Positions 1 through 11,767 of a DNA stretch of 64,000 nucleotides are shown piece after piece. Position numbers and translations under genes: made by a program. This DNA is from Cirrosporium novae-zelandiae. Its lineage: Eukaryota. How positions within the stretch are numbered: the stretch's first letter is position 1; every line of letters begins with the position of its first letter. The notes beneath the pieces were generated by a model that saw only the letters and a list, made by a program, of their open reading frames with translations, was not told the origin of the DNA and searched no databases. The DNA lies in contig JAPETS010000006.1 of NCBI GenBank assembly GCA_026023565.1, positions 186,001 to 250,000 of the forward strand, given 5' to 3'.

Positions 1-2047
1 ATGTTTCCTGCGTTCTTTTCTCTCTTCTTCTGTCTCCTCGCGCATGAGACTGCCGGGGCCGTAGCCGCCGCCGGCGCGACCGGAAGCCGGTGGCGGTCGC
101 TTCTCGCAGAGAGTTTCCCAGCTTTGTTGGAGGTTTAGCCAGTTATTGGCGCGGCGGACGATTTCGATCCAGTCTGCGCGTGCTGGGGAGCGCGCGGGTA
201 GGAAGATGGGGCTGCCGTCTGTGATGCGAGTGAGGCGGGCGACCATGTGGGCGTGGCGGAGGAGCTCTTTTGGTGAGGTTTGGATCAGCGCGTGGCAGAG
301 CAGGAGGGAGTGGAGAGCGTCGGTTATGAGGGGATGGTAGGTTAGATGTTCGATTAGGGGGTGGGCTGACTCCGGGAGTGGGGCCTTGGATTTCGGGATT
401 AGGGCTTGTGAGGATGTGGGGTAAGGGGGGAGGTTTGCTGGGGGGCTGGGGGAAAAGAGGGTGTTGACCGGGTGGGCTTGGATATGGAGGGGGTAGTTTG
501 GGGCGTGGGAGTAGCTGTGGCTGTTGTAGTGGGAGGAGTGGTTGATCTGTTGCCGGGGGACGAGGCTGTTGTCTGTTGGTTGGCAAGGGTTATTGGACTG
601 GTCGAGCAGTCTAGAGTTAGAGTGGTTCCTCCGAGTAATGTTGATTCCACCAACTGTTAGCTCGTGATATCTTCGAAAGAATTCCTCAAGCAGTTCTGAA
701 GGGTATTCTGGACTGTAGCTGAAGTGCGATAGATAAGCTATATAATCTCGGAGTGCACGTTTGGCACATGTTTTGACAATCTTTCGTGCTTCCGCCCTAT
801 GTCGGGCAGCTTCCTTCTCCTTGAAGCTTTGTATGGGTGGTTTTTCGATACCAGAAGGTGGTGACCTCTCTGTGGTATTCTGCGTTTCTTGCGCGGGTTT
901 CAATACATTAAGAGCATCATCAATATGTCGGACGGCGATTGTGAGATAGGTACCTGCCCGATGAAATAATAATTGGATCTCCATGCTGCTAGGTTGATCT
1001 TCGTCAGTGAGTTTTGGTTGTTCATATCTTGCATTTGGATCTCGTGCTTGACTTTTTAATGCAAGGGCCATCTCTTCCTCTTTTATAGCTCGGTGCTGTG
1101 CTAGCATCCTGTATTGGCCTAGGCCGCTGGTGAGGTCTGCAGCAGCACCGGCGAAGTCCTCCTTGAAGATTTTTGTCAGCGCCCTGGTACGATATGCAGC
1201 AACATCTGATTGAAATGGTCCAGCTACGATAACATCATCCAAAGGTTTCAGGTCGGTACACTCGGCTAACATGCGCGAGGGAATCTTTTCATGGAAGAAA
1301 TGAACATATTTAGCATCAGGATCATCCGGACTTCTATCCAGCACATGTTTAGCTACCAGTTCAAGTGATGAAGCAGACTGCATTGTTGCCACGCTCGCGG
1401 CAATCTCGTCAAGATGGTAGGCTTTGGAGAGCTTTTGTGTTGCATTTTCTCTCATTCTATGTTTTCTCTCCCTGCTCAGTTTTGCATTTGTCCCACCTCC
1501 ACCTATACCAAGTCCCAGAGCTGCTGCACTTCCACCACTAAATATTCCATTGCTGGCATTGATAGAATTCTGGAGGGCTGAGGACGTTGTGCCGTTTGCG
1601 GCGCGCACAGCTAAACTGGTCGCTTCCTCGACGAGACGGCGGATCTTGACAAGGTCGAAGAACACCGCGGGATCAATAACCTGAGGTCGAGGAAAGTAGT
1701 AATTATAGTAGGCAAACGATTCGAGGAGCTCGGGGGGCAATTGCAGCCAAGGACCGTGGAAAGCAGATATATATCGCCAATGCCTGTAGCATGGAACACG
1801 GTCAGCCAACAATATTCTAACTTTTCCATTGAATTGAGAAGGCAATTCCACTCAAGACCTCAATTTTCCCCCACAAGTCTACTCACTTATTCCGACAGAT
1901 TATCAGTGCTGGTTCAGACATCTTCGGGCGAGTCTGCTTTGCTGCCGGCCCTGGTTGTTGCAGTGCGGTAGACATCTCAGTCGAGGTGTTGGGATCCGTT
2001 CCGTTTGTCTTTCCATTCTCTTGGGCCTTGCTTTTCCTTTTGGTCAT
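1..2047 (-). CDS. Conserved fungal hypothetical protein, 3' end runs off the window
   Basis: ATG at 2047 (MTKRKSKAQENGK...ALIICRNK), then intron 1886-1784 (GTGAGT...CTACAG). Exon 2 stays in one frame to base 1 (HWRYISAFHGPWLQLP...YHPLITDALHSLLLCH...ARADWIEIVRR...). It is absent from the ORF track because it has no stop inside the window. Confidence 0.85.
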
Positions 2048-3040
2048 TGTTCGTAGCAATCAAACGTTCCACCAAGATGGTCAATGCGAAAGAGCGGGAT
2101 TTACAGTATATGAATCTACAATACAAATTATAAATTTCTTACGGCAAGTACCGAGGTCATATCTATATCATCGAATTTAGTACTTTAGTGAATGTCTCAA
2201 TTTTTATCTACATAATAGTCCTAAGGCTAGCTACCTAGGTATAGATTCATTTGTAATACTGGTACCTTTCCTTCCTTGATTGAGATGTGCAACCCCCCTA
2301 ATATTCATTGCTTGTTAAGATAATCATAGCTGAACCCGCTGATATACATAATTATTGGAACGAAACTGTTCACATACAAGGTCGAACGGCAATCGGAATA
2401 AAAAGATTCATTGAGGGAGTCTCAACAATGATTTGGTCAGATAACCGAGACAATGAACCTGATTTGTCGGGATTTAAAATGTCCTAGTTGAGGCCGAGAA
2501 AATGTGAGCCTGAACTAATTGATATCAACAAAATCAACTTGAGAAGTCCTACGTATCTCAAGAGAATAGCATCACTTTTTCATAGGGATCCAAGGGACCT
2601 CCCCCATCCAAGTGCTTTGGGAATTCCCATGCCCACACTGCCTTCCCATTCTTTGTATCTTAATACCATGTTGGTTTCCAAACCTATTGCTACTAGTGAC
2701 CTTATATAGAGAATAGGTGCTTTAGGATTGCACTAATCTCAGGGGCCATGCCTTTCATTATCCTAGCGCGTCAAGTACTTTGATTGGGTCTGGTAATTCT
2801 AGAAAGCCAAAGAGTCACAGGACTCCCGTTGATCACGGTAGATTGTCGTTCCTCAATGTAGGACAGGTACCACGGAATATTAGACGTCGTGGATGGATAA
2901 TTCCAAAAAAGAACGGTTGGTGTTCTGTAGGAAGTGCTTTAGACCACAGCTCTAGAATTATCGCATAATAGAGACGCATGAAAGACTCTATAGCAGGCCG
3001 TTTAATTCCCAGAATCCCTAGAACAAGAGAATCGCTGTAT

Positions 3041-5779
3041 TCAGGAACTCAATGCGAGGCAAGCGTCTACAGCAAGGCCCACCCTTATCATAAAATGTTA
3101 ACAGACCTTCGCGGAGAATATTGTATTTACTAGGGATACGAACCTTCCTTCCTTTAATCTCACAACATCGTCAATTACTTCTTTGTCGAGTGCTGGGAAC
3201 ATACCAGCGAGTGTTCTAAACGAGTCGTTAGGGAAGACTATGCATTATAACAGCAAAGGAACTTACTCGACAACATCATAATGTTCAGCTCTCTGGATTC
3301 TCTGAGCTTCAGCTACTTCAGCACTGGCTTGACGCGCAGCTGCCTCTTCCGCACTATACGGGTGCTTCTGACGTGCTTTAGCATTTCCTGCCTCCCTTGT
3401 GCGCTCACCAGACATTCTTCCATCTTCACTGTTCCTTGGGGATAGGGGAGTTTGATAAACCGAGGGAGATAGCCGAGGACTTGAACCTGGCTGAGGCGTA
3501 GAAATTGCCCCTAGTGATCTCTGTTGCGATGGTTGTAACGGTTCAGATGGTGTGTCGGAGAGTATGCGCCCAATAGTTGACAACGGGCGTTGTATGGTTC
3601 GTAGAAGACCAGCTACAGCAGCATTTTCCTCATTCCCCTCAGGCTGTGACGGTCCACGGTTCGTATCCCTCCTTGAAGTGGATCGCTGTGGAAGAGAGCG
3701 TTCACCCTCCATAGAATTTCTTGGAGTAATCTCAGGACGACTCAGCTTAGACTTCTCAGGAACCATGGGTCGTTGCTCTTCCATTTTGTTCCGTTCTGCG
3801 ATTGCAGACACTGCAGCCTCGACATTCTTCTCAAACTCTTCATCCGATATTGTCAGAGAAGTTCGGTCAAGATTCTCGATAAACTGAATAGCACCCATCT
3901 GCATGCAGAATTAGTAACAGATAAAATTTAGGTCTCGAGGCACGGCCTACCAATGAAGAGAGATAATAGCCGGCCTCGCCCCCAAGCTTTTCTTGATTAC
4001 GAAACCGTAGAATATACTGAACATTAGATACCAAGTGGTCGGGATTTGCTTGGAGAACAACATATATAAGTAGAGGTATGAATGAATCAGCAGATGTATC
4101 GGCACTCTTGCTATTCTTTAGCAAGCCTGTCAACTGTTAGCGACTGTAAAGTTTGTGGACTTGAGCTCACACGAACCGAAGATAACTTTACAGCAGTTCA
4201 AAACACAGATAATCTTATCTCTTGGTGCTCTATAACCTTTAATCTTCAATAATTCTGTAATGTCTGTTAGCGCACAATCTCGATAGATAGAAATAAATCA
4301 GAAATTATGACCTTGTTGAGCTAATGCTAGGAATCTTTTCCCTGAAGGGCCAACAGGAACGATGTCAAGATGCTCCTCCTTAATCCAACCATAAATTTTT
4401 ACCTTTTGAGCTAATATTTCGTCACGCTCAACATCCTCCTGATGTTGTCCTCTTCTTCCAGGACCAAGCAACTTGTCCATGTCCTTCCTTCGACCCCGAC
4501 TTCGAGGAGGTGGCTGCGGAGGTGGGATTGCGGGAGAGAAAGTTTGCGTGTACAGACGGTTCATAACGAGCTTTTCCATTCCCTCCTTTGCGTTATCAAA
4601 TTCTGCATCGGAGACCTCAAGCCATACTTCACACTGAGCCATCTTGACAGTGATGAAGGCAAGAAAATCACTTATTATTTTAACCTGTTCATGTACCATC
4701 CATTGTTTCTTTTGAAACTCGTTGAGAAACGACCTTAAGAATTTGGCAACAGGATCGGCGGTCCTGTGTCGAAGTTGCTCAAGAAATCTATGGAAATCGA
4801 AAGGCAAATCAGGTTCTGGGTCTGGTGCTGGTGGCGGAGGAGCATGGCCAGACCCTGGAGACTTGACGGCCGACGAGATAGAAGCTCTTGCAGAACTAGA
4901 TATGTACGACTCATCTTTTGGCGGTACAGGCGGATTAGGTTGAGTTTCGGTTTTGCTATCACCTTGGGGATGGGATAGGTTGAACTCGGTAGAATTGATG
5001 GGCTCGAGACTGGATTTCCTTGGCGGATGCTGTATTGGACCCCCAAGAAACTGTGCTAGCTCAAGTCGAGGAGACATAACTTCCTCCAGCGTTGATGGTG
5101 CCTCATCAGCCTCCGAAAATTGGTCCATTATACTTTGTATTTCCCCTTTTGTATCCTCGGCTGCAGGCTCAGCTGAAGGTTGAGCTTGCTTTTCATCGAA
5201 TTCAGCATCTGAGGATGTGGATGATCTACCCACAGGCTCCTTCTCTGACCAGTATTCGTGTGGAGATTGAGAGTCACGAGTAGAAGGGCGCCTTGACAAG
5301 GTCGGCGCCTCTGACTGTGAAGGAGCTAGGCTTTCACTGGCCTCCGTAGAGGGATTGATATCCTTTGGGGTAGGAATATGTTGCGGAGAAGATGGCTCAA
5401 TTGTTGGCTTGGTAGCCGGCATGATATCCATGTCAATCAAGGATATCTGGCGTATTTTATCGGTAATTTCGTCTTGTTCGCTGGTGGATGTACGATCGTC
5501 CGTGGTGCCAACAAGAAGTTCAGTCTTTTCCCCCTCTTTTAATGGCATCGAGCGATGTATTTTTTCCTGCCGCTGGTCCCCATCATCTTGAGGTTTTAAG
5601 GTTGTTACGGGTTCATTTTGATTCGACACAGCCCCAGATGTACTCCCAGGCTGATCCTCCAACTGTATCAAATCGTCTTGGTGTGATTTTATTTCAGGAA
5701 CGCGGCTCTGGTTATTCTCAGCCAATTCATTAATCGGTTCATGTCCGGGTCGGAGATCTGCATGATCTGGGGAAGACAT
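3041..5779 (-). CDS. VPS9: Vps9 Rab5/Vps21 guanine-nucleotide exchange factor (VPS9 + C-terminal CUE domain), 6 exons
   Basis: Motifs FDFHRFLEQLRHRTADPVAKFLRSFL, APRDKIICVLNCCKVIF, SADSFIPLLIYVVLQANP and GGEAGYYLSSL. CUE-like end TLAGMFPALDKEVIDDVVRLKEGRVGLAVDACLALSS*; stop TGA at 3043-3041. Confidence 0.93.
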
Positions 5780-6288
5780 AGAGCGCCAGGCGCATCCGAT
5801 AGAGGTTCGTATATGTTGATGTGTGCTCGTGACAGCTGTTCTTGTAGGTGCTTGATCTATAGGATTTCTTCGTCTCCGGCAATTATGAAAGCTCTAGTGA
5901 GCAAATGATAAGGCATATAAAGCTCAACAAGCCAGCACAAAGTCAATAGGAGGAAGAATCTTTGTGGAATAATTAGGTAGATGGCGAATAAAGTGCAACT
6001 AAGAAATTGAGAATCGCACCTGCTGATCAGATGGGTAACGATGGGGTCTTCTAGGCTTGTTGGCGGGACTCGGGGTGATCTCAATTCTTAATGACGAAGC
6101 GAACCTGGGACCCCTACACGCCCGTGACATACCGGCCTTTCGGGTTTGAATCGCCGGAGGATTCTGTGAACTTTCTATTTTTTTGAATCACCGACAGTTA
6201 TTGAGTTGAACGAACAACAAGGTACTTTTCAAAATATGTTAACGTTAAGTTTGAAGAAATCATCTATACTGCCTTGAACTTCGTGTCG

Positions 6289-8094
6289 ATGTGTGGCATT
6301 TTCTGTTCCTTGTGTCGGGATGACTACCTTCTTGCAACTGCTGAATTAGCAACCCTCCTGAAAAAGAGAGGTCCTGACAGTCTACAGCAGCATCAGCTAC
6401 AAATCAGTTCATCCAGGGGTGTTCGATATTTGACATGTTTATCTACTGTACTGGCACTTCGAGGCGATCATATAACTATCCAACCACTGATAGATCAGAT
6501 TTCTGGGTCTATCCTATGTTGGAATGGAGAAGCATGGGAAATCAATCATCATGCTATTTCTGGAAATGATTCTGAAGTAATCTTTGATCTTCTTCTAAAG
6601 GCATCTGCCAAAGATTCAAGACAAGGAAGCTCTGATGATACCATAACCCAAGTTGACTGCACTCTGAATGCTCTCAACCTCATTTCTGGTCCTTTCTCGT
6701 TTGTCTACTACGATGGAGTCAACAGCAGAGTTTTCTATGGTAGGGATCGACTTGGTAGAAGATCTCTGCTACGGAAACAGATGGAAAATGAGGCCTTGAT
6801 ATTGTCAAGTATATGTGATGGCCAAGTGCTTGATGGTTGGGTTGAAGTTGAGGCAGATGGCATATATTATATGGAGCTATCGCAGAACCGAGATGAACAG
6901 GTCGAAAAACCATTCATTCATTTTAAATGCATCTCATGGGATCAAATAAATGATAACCTTCGGACCCCAATCATGGTAAGTACATATTGATTTCACCGTG
7001 TCTATTCTGACTGCCCCTAGCAACGACTATCTCAGCCAATGAACAAAAAACTCCCTAACAGTATCATACCAGCTCTCAATTTTACCTCGCCATCTATATC
7101 TGCACTGCAAACAGAGCTCTGCAAGTCATTGAGATTACGAATCTTGGATATACCAACTCCACCATTCCTTAATGACCAAGCCATTGGAGCAAAAGTGGCC
7201 ATCCTTTTCTCGGGCGGTCTTGACTGTACACTGCTGGCTCGCCTTGCCCATGATATCTTACCTGTAAATGAAACCATTGATTTACTTAATGTAGCCTTCG
7301 AAAATCCCCGGATCATTGCTGCTGCAAAAGCAAACGGCGATATAGCAAACGTCTACGACCTATGTCCTGATCGGATCACCGGGAAATCCTCTCATGCTGA
7401 ACTTGAACGCATCTGTCCAGAAAGACGATGGCGCCATGTATCTATCAATATACCATATAGCGAAACGCTTCAACACCGAGAGATAGTGAAAGGTTTGATA
7501 TATCCACACAACACAGAAATGGACTTCTCAATTGCCATTGCCTTATACTTCGCTGCCCGGGGCTCTGGCATTGCATATAACCGTACAAACAACAGCCAGG
7601 CCCCATACACCACCAAAGCACGAGTTCTCCTCTCCGGTCTAGGTGCTGACGAAATATTTGGAGGCTATACTCGTCACAATACAGCTTTCTCACGACGCGG
7701 CTTTCAAGGTCTAGTTGATGAATTGGACCTGGACATCAATCGCCTCGGAAAACGCAACCTTGGTCGTGATGATCGTGCTATCTCCCATTGGGGAAAAGAG
7801 GTACGGTATCCGTACCTCGATGAGAAATTCATGAATTGGGCGCTAAGTATACCGGTATGGGAGAAATGTGGATTTGGCACTAGCCCTAACCCTGAGCCCG
7901 AATCTTCAAACTCTGCTCAAGATAGGAACGGTGTGGTTCCCACACTCCAGCCGGGAAAGAAGATCCTTCGATTACTGGCTTGGAAGAAAGGTATGAAAAA
8001 TGTGGCAAAGGAAGGTAAAAGGGCCATTCAATTTGGCGCAAGGACCGCGAAGATGGAAAAGGGCCGCACAAAGGGGACCCAGATTCTTGAATAA
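6289..8094 (+). CDS. Asparagine synthetase domain-containing protein (ASNSD1/YML096W-like; class II GATase + Asn synthase domain), 2 exons
   Basis: N-terminal MCGIF, RGPD, WNGE and RDRLGRRSLL. Intron 6976-7020 joins in frame to exon 2 with LFSGGLDC, SGLGADEIFGGY, RNLGRDDR, YPYLDE and KRAIQFGAR. Confidence 0.92.
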
Positions 8095-9544
8095 TATACC
8101 CTACATTAACCCCACCTTTCAGGCTTCCCCATCGCAAATAATCTAGTACTTCATACTCATCCCTCCACTCTCCCAACCGCCCCAAAAAACCCCGACCCTA
8201 GGAATGATGACAAAACCACAGATACTTCTGAGTCTTCTTTCACGCTCATATACTTTTTCCCCATCACCCCACCCTAGCAACACCATATACATACCTCTCT
8301 CTCCATCTACGACCTGGTGAAGCCTTCGCAAACATCAAGTTTAGCTTATGGTTCTACTGGCATCGAAGATGGATAGTTTGGGGGGTTGTTGTGGCTGTGG
8401 TTAGGGGCATCTCACCATGCATGGGGGGAATGGAAAGGGCTACTCAAGGGAGGGACGATGAAGCTTGAAAAGGCAAGTCTGAGCTAGGGTCTATATGTTT
8501 ATATGTTTATATCTGGTGGGAAAGCGGTTGGTGATAACGTATCTTGGCTACGGATCTTAGGCATGGTGGTAGTGCTCGAGGTTATAGATGTAGAAAATAT
8601 ATGCGTATATATTCATGTAATGGGCCTTAACTTAATACTCTGATGATAATTGATAAGGTAATGTAATCTGGAGGTAATATAGTGGATAAATAAAGAAAGT
8701 GGTCAACTGAAGGAACTGGAGATTTCATCACTCCGCCAAAATCAACCCGCTCTCCACATGATGCAAAAAAAACTGTTTTTTGGAGAAGTGACGAAACCCC
8801 AGTCGCTTTTAAGCATAAAAAAAATATAGATTTGTCTTTCCGTAGAAAGTCCTAACCTAATGCTGTCGTGACAGTCGACAGATTAACATGATATACACAT
8901 GGTTCTATCACTCTAGTGGAGACGTGTTATATTTATCTGAGTAAAAAAGATACATTTCCATATAAGAGTAATATTTTTTTGGTATTGTTGTTTATCTAAA
9001 GAAGGCACAGTAGTAGAAAAGTCACACAAATGCTCGACCTTTGGTCTGTCAGCCCATCAAAGAATGAAAGCGACATAGCCACGAGTGCAATCCCCAAGCC
9101 GCCTAATACTAAGGCAAGCAGAGGGAGACGTCAGAACCGGCCAGTCATTACCACCATAAAAACGCATTCCAAGAGACAAGATTCCGACAATTATAATAGC
9201 ATTTGAACCAACCTCTAGGCTCTAAATGTAGGAAAGAAGCTGAAGGTTAGACAAGAAAATCTTTTAAGGAAAAATGAAACGGAAATATAAGTAGAAATTA
9301 ACAAAAAAAAGCACCATCACAGCTATGACCCGAAGAGTCTTAATCATGCTCATGCAGATGCTGCATTAGAGCAGACCAGAAACTTGACCTCTTCTAATCT
9401 GAGGACTGTTTGATGTAGCAGGGTGCTGGTAGAGATGGGTTGGAGAGAAGAGCCCAAAACTCAACCCCCATCCATTGTTGCCAAGATTTGTCCACCTTTG
9501 ATCAGGGAACTTGCAGTAGCGGCTCAACATGCCACTTGTTTGTT

Positions 9545-10339
9545 TTAGCCCAAAGCACTTGTATCACCGTTTTGAATATTTAGATATAGCGATTTCCAAT
9601 GGTCCACCTCTGCTTCTAGGTCTTCAATCTTCTTCGACATCTCTTCGAACTTTTCGACTTTCCTTGCACGAGACTTCCGAGCAGCTTCGGTATTCCTGGC
9701 TCGCTTCAATGCCACTGGGTCACCTTTGTCATACCTGATTGGTGGTAGGGGCTTGTCTCGACGGCGGGAGTTGACACCAGTTATGGACGAATGACGACCA
9801 CCTGTAGAGGCTGGGGATTGACCAGGAGACGACCTCTTTCGCATCATAACTGGGGCAGTCGAGGATTTTGGCATGGAAGAGATCGTAGCCAATTTCTTAA
9901 GATCATCGGCTGAGGAATCATTCTGCACTGGGAATAGCGGAGGCCAAGATTCTTCACCGAAGCTGTTTTCCGGGCCGAAGAGAGGAGAAGTCTCGTAACT
10001 ACTAGTTTGATCGGGAGTGTCAAAAACTGAAGGAGTGCTGAAGTTGGTCAAGGTTGTGGACGGTGGAGCAGAAGTATGGTCGAAGGTAAGTTCTTGTGGA
10101 GAGACTGTGCCAGGTTCATGACCTCCACTGTTGATGGAGGTGAAGTATGTGAATTCACTGTTAAACAGACCGAGATCGTCATCGGCACCGAGGCCGAAAC
10201 CGACCGGCGAGAGGTCGAACATGTTCTCCATGTCTAATATGTGAATCGGCTTTAGTTTTTGTTCAATTAATATACTGGACAGATGGGATAATGCTTTACC
10301 CTTGATATTGGAAGTAGACAAATTTCTTCGATGATTCAT
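9545..10339 (-). CDS. cpcA: Cross-pathway control bZIP transcription factor (CpcA/CPC-1/Gcn4 orthologue), AUG-initiated form about 242 aa, intron 10299-10234
   Basis: C-terminal bZIP DPVALKRARNTEAARKSRARKVEKFEEMSKKIEDLEAEVDHWK; central TVSPQEL and SAPPST, WPPLFP motifs; first in-frame AUG at 10339; uORF-bearing leader. Confidence 0.95.
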   Translation of the reverse strand: MNHRRNLSTSNIKGKALSHLSSILIEQKLKPIHILDMENMFDLSPVGFGLGADDDLGLFNSEFTYFTSINSGGHEPGTVSPQELTFDHTSAPPSTTLTNFSTPSVFDTPDQTSSYETSPLFGPENSFGEESWPPLFPVQNDSSADDLKKLATISSMPKSSTAPVMMRKRSSPGQSPASTGGRHSSITGVNSRRRDKPLPPIRYDKGDPVALKRARNTEAARKSRARKVEKFEEMSKKIEDLEAEVDHWKSLYLNIQNGDTSALG

Positions 10340-10604
10340 GTTTTGGTGGTGGTTTTCAGGTGTATTGGGGCTGCTAAACAAAGGAACAGGTGGACGAGTT
10401 CGATGTTGATGAAACTGGTGCGATACAGAGGTAGGAGGCGTATATGACCAATGAGAGAACTGGTGAAGAGCCGAAGACGAAGCGCTACGAGACCCGTTGG
10501 ACTGAACTCTCTTCTGCACTCTAGGATTGCGTCCGGTGGAAAACAGGGTAGAGCGTCGACGATGAGTCTGATGACCCGCTAAGGGGGATCCAAGAGGAAA
10601 GTTA

Positions 10605-10772
10605 TTAAGGGCTATATGAGAGGTCGCCCGCTGTCGCTCGCTCGGAGGTTGCGTTTGCTGAGGAAAGAGCACGAAGTCTTCGGCGGGTGTTTGAGTCGGC
10701 AGCTGTTGCGAATGGTTCGGCTGCGTATTCAAGGCCAACAAGGGCTGGGAGGATGGGGGTTGAGGAGGCCAT
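10605..10772 (-). promoter_or_regulatory. cpcA uORF2 (55 aa, MASSTPILPA...RRRLRALSS...DLSYSP*)
   Basis: Strong-context AUG (AAA ATG G), out of frame with CpcA. It is the only AUG between uORF1 and the CpcA AUG. Confidence 0.85.
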
Positions 10773-10990
10773 TTTAGTTGGTTGTCCGTGGTGAACGACG
10801 TTAAGTCGTTTTGCTGAATGGTTGCGGTTGAGTAAGAACTTGGGTTGCTAAAAGCAGGTCCGAAGTCCAGAGTATCCTGTGAGGGAAGCTCTGAAGAGTT
10901 GTTGAATGATGGATTCACGTGAGTAAACTCGGTGTTTCCTATCTTGTCTGATTGCTGGAGACAAGAAGAAGGGTGAAGAGAGCAAGAAGC

Positions 10991-11005
10991 TTAGAAGACA
11001 GCCAT
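10991..11005 (-). promoter_or_regulatory. cpcA uORF1 (ATG GCT GTC TTC TAA; MAVF*)
   Basis: Short AUG ORF at the 5' end of the leader, matching the reinitiation-permissive uORF1 of Gcn4-type mRNAs. Confidence 0.85.
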
Positions 11006-11760
11006 TTGGACAAATATCTCTTTGATTTAATGTATTGTTTTGGATGAATAGTGGGTGTGAGATGAAGGAGAAAAAAAAAAGAGGAAAAAAATCTTGGGAA
11101 ATATGGAAAAGTGGGAGATCTTAAGTGAAATTTTGGTAGGTGTGTAGTGTGTGTGCGTGAGTAGTGTGGGTGGGTGAGATTAGGGGGGGGGGGGTTACAG
11201 GAGGTCCAAGCCACCATCACAAAGCAGCAACGGAATTGAAGAAACATTGGAAAGGGAAAATTAAAGACTCACACAAATTAGTTGAAACAACAGCAGTTTA
11301 ACTCTCATTGTTGCCTTGAATTTCTGTGTGCTTTTGTGCACTGCCCAGATGCACAATGTCCAATAATCCAGTGATAAGCTACAGGTGTCGAGGCAGCAAC
11401 TGTTTTACTCGAGGATTCTAATTCCTTTGATAATTAATTATTAATATTAATTCTTTGAGCATTATCATTTATTACTTGGTAATTACTGTACAGTACATGT
11501 ACATACCACCGTTGAGGTTTTCAATTCAGATCTTAGTGCGTGCATGTGAAGAGAAAGGTCTCTCCGATTGGATAACCCCACATTTTATGCCCTAAGTACC
11601 TAAGTACCTAGGTATAATCATTGTCCTCGAGTATAAATAATTTGGAGAATAATTATTCCCCTTTTCATACGTACTTGTATACTAAAGCAAATTAATAGTT
11701 AATTCAATTGAGTTCAACCGTTTCTCTAACCACCTAATTACCAAGTACATGGGCAAAAGA

Positions 11761-11767
11761 TGAGTCA
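11761..11767. promoter_or_regulatory. Gcn4/CpcA response element TGAGTCA upstream of cpcA
   Basis: Perfect TGA(C/G)TCA about 750 bp upstream of uORF1. Autoregulation through such sites is established for Aspergillus cpcA. Confidence 0.55.

Noticed and set aside
143..653. Pro/Thr-rich ORFs 143-586 and 399-653 suggesting a frameshift
   Set aside because: They are alternative frames of the true CDS, which stays open in the third frame to base 1.
6236..6277. 13-aa uORF before the ASNSD1-like gene (human ASNSD1 has a coding uORF)
   Set aside because: Too short to resemble a prefoldin-like product, and it may lie in a small 5' UTR intron; no support.
9545..10918. 457-aa ORF taken as a single conventional CDS
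   Set aside because: It starts at GTG and reads through the intron. It is better explained as AUG CDS plus non-AUG extension plus 3n intron.
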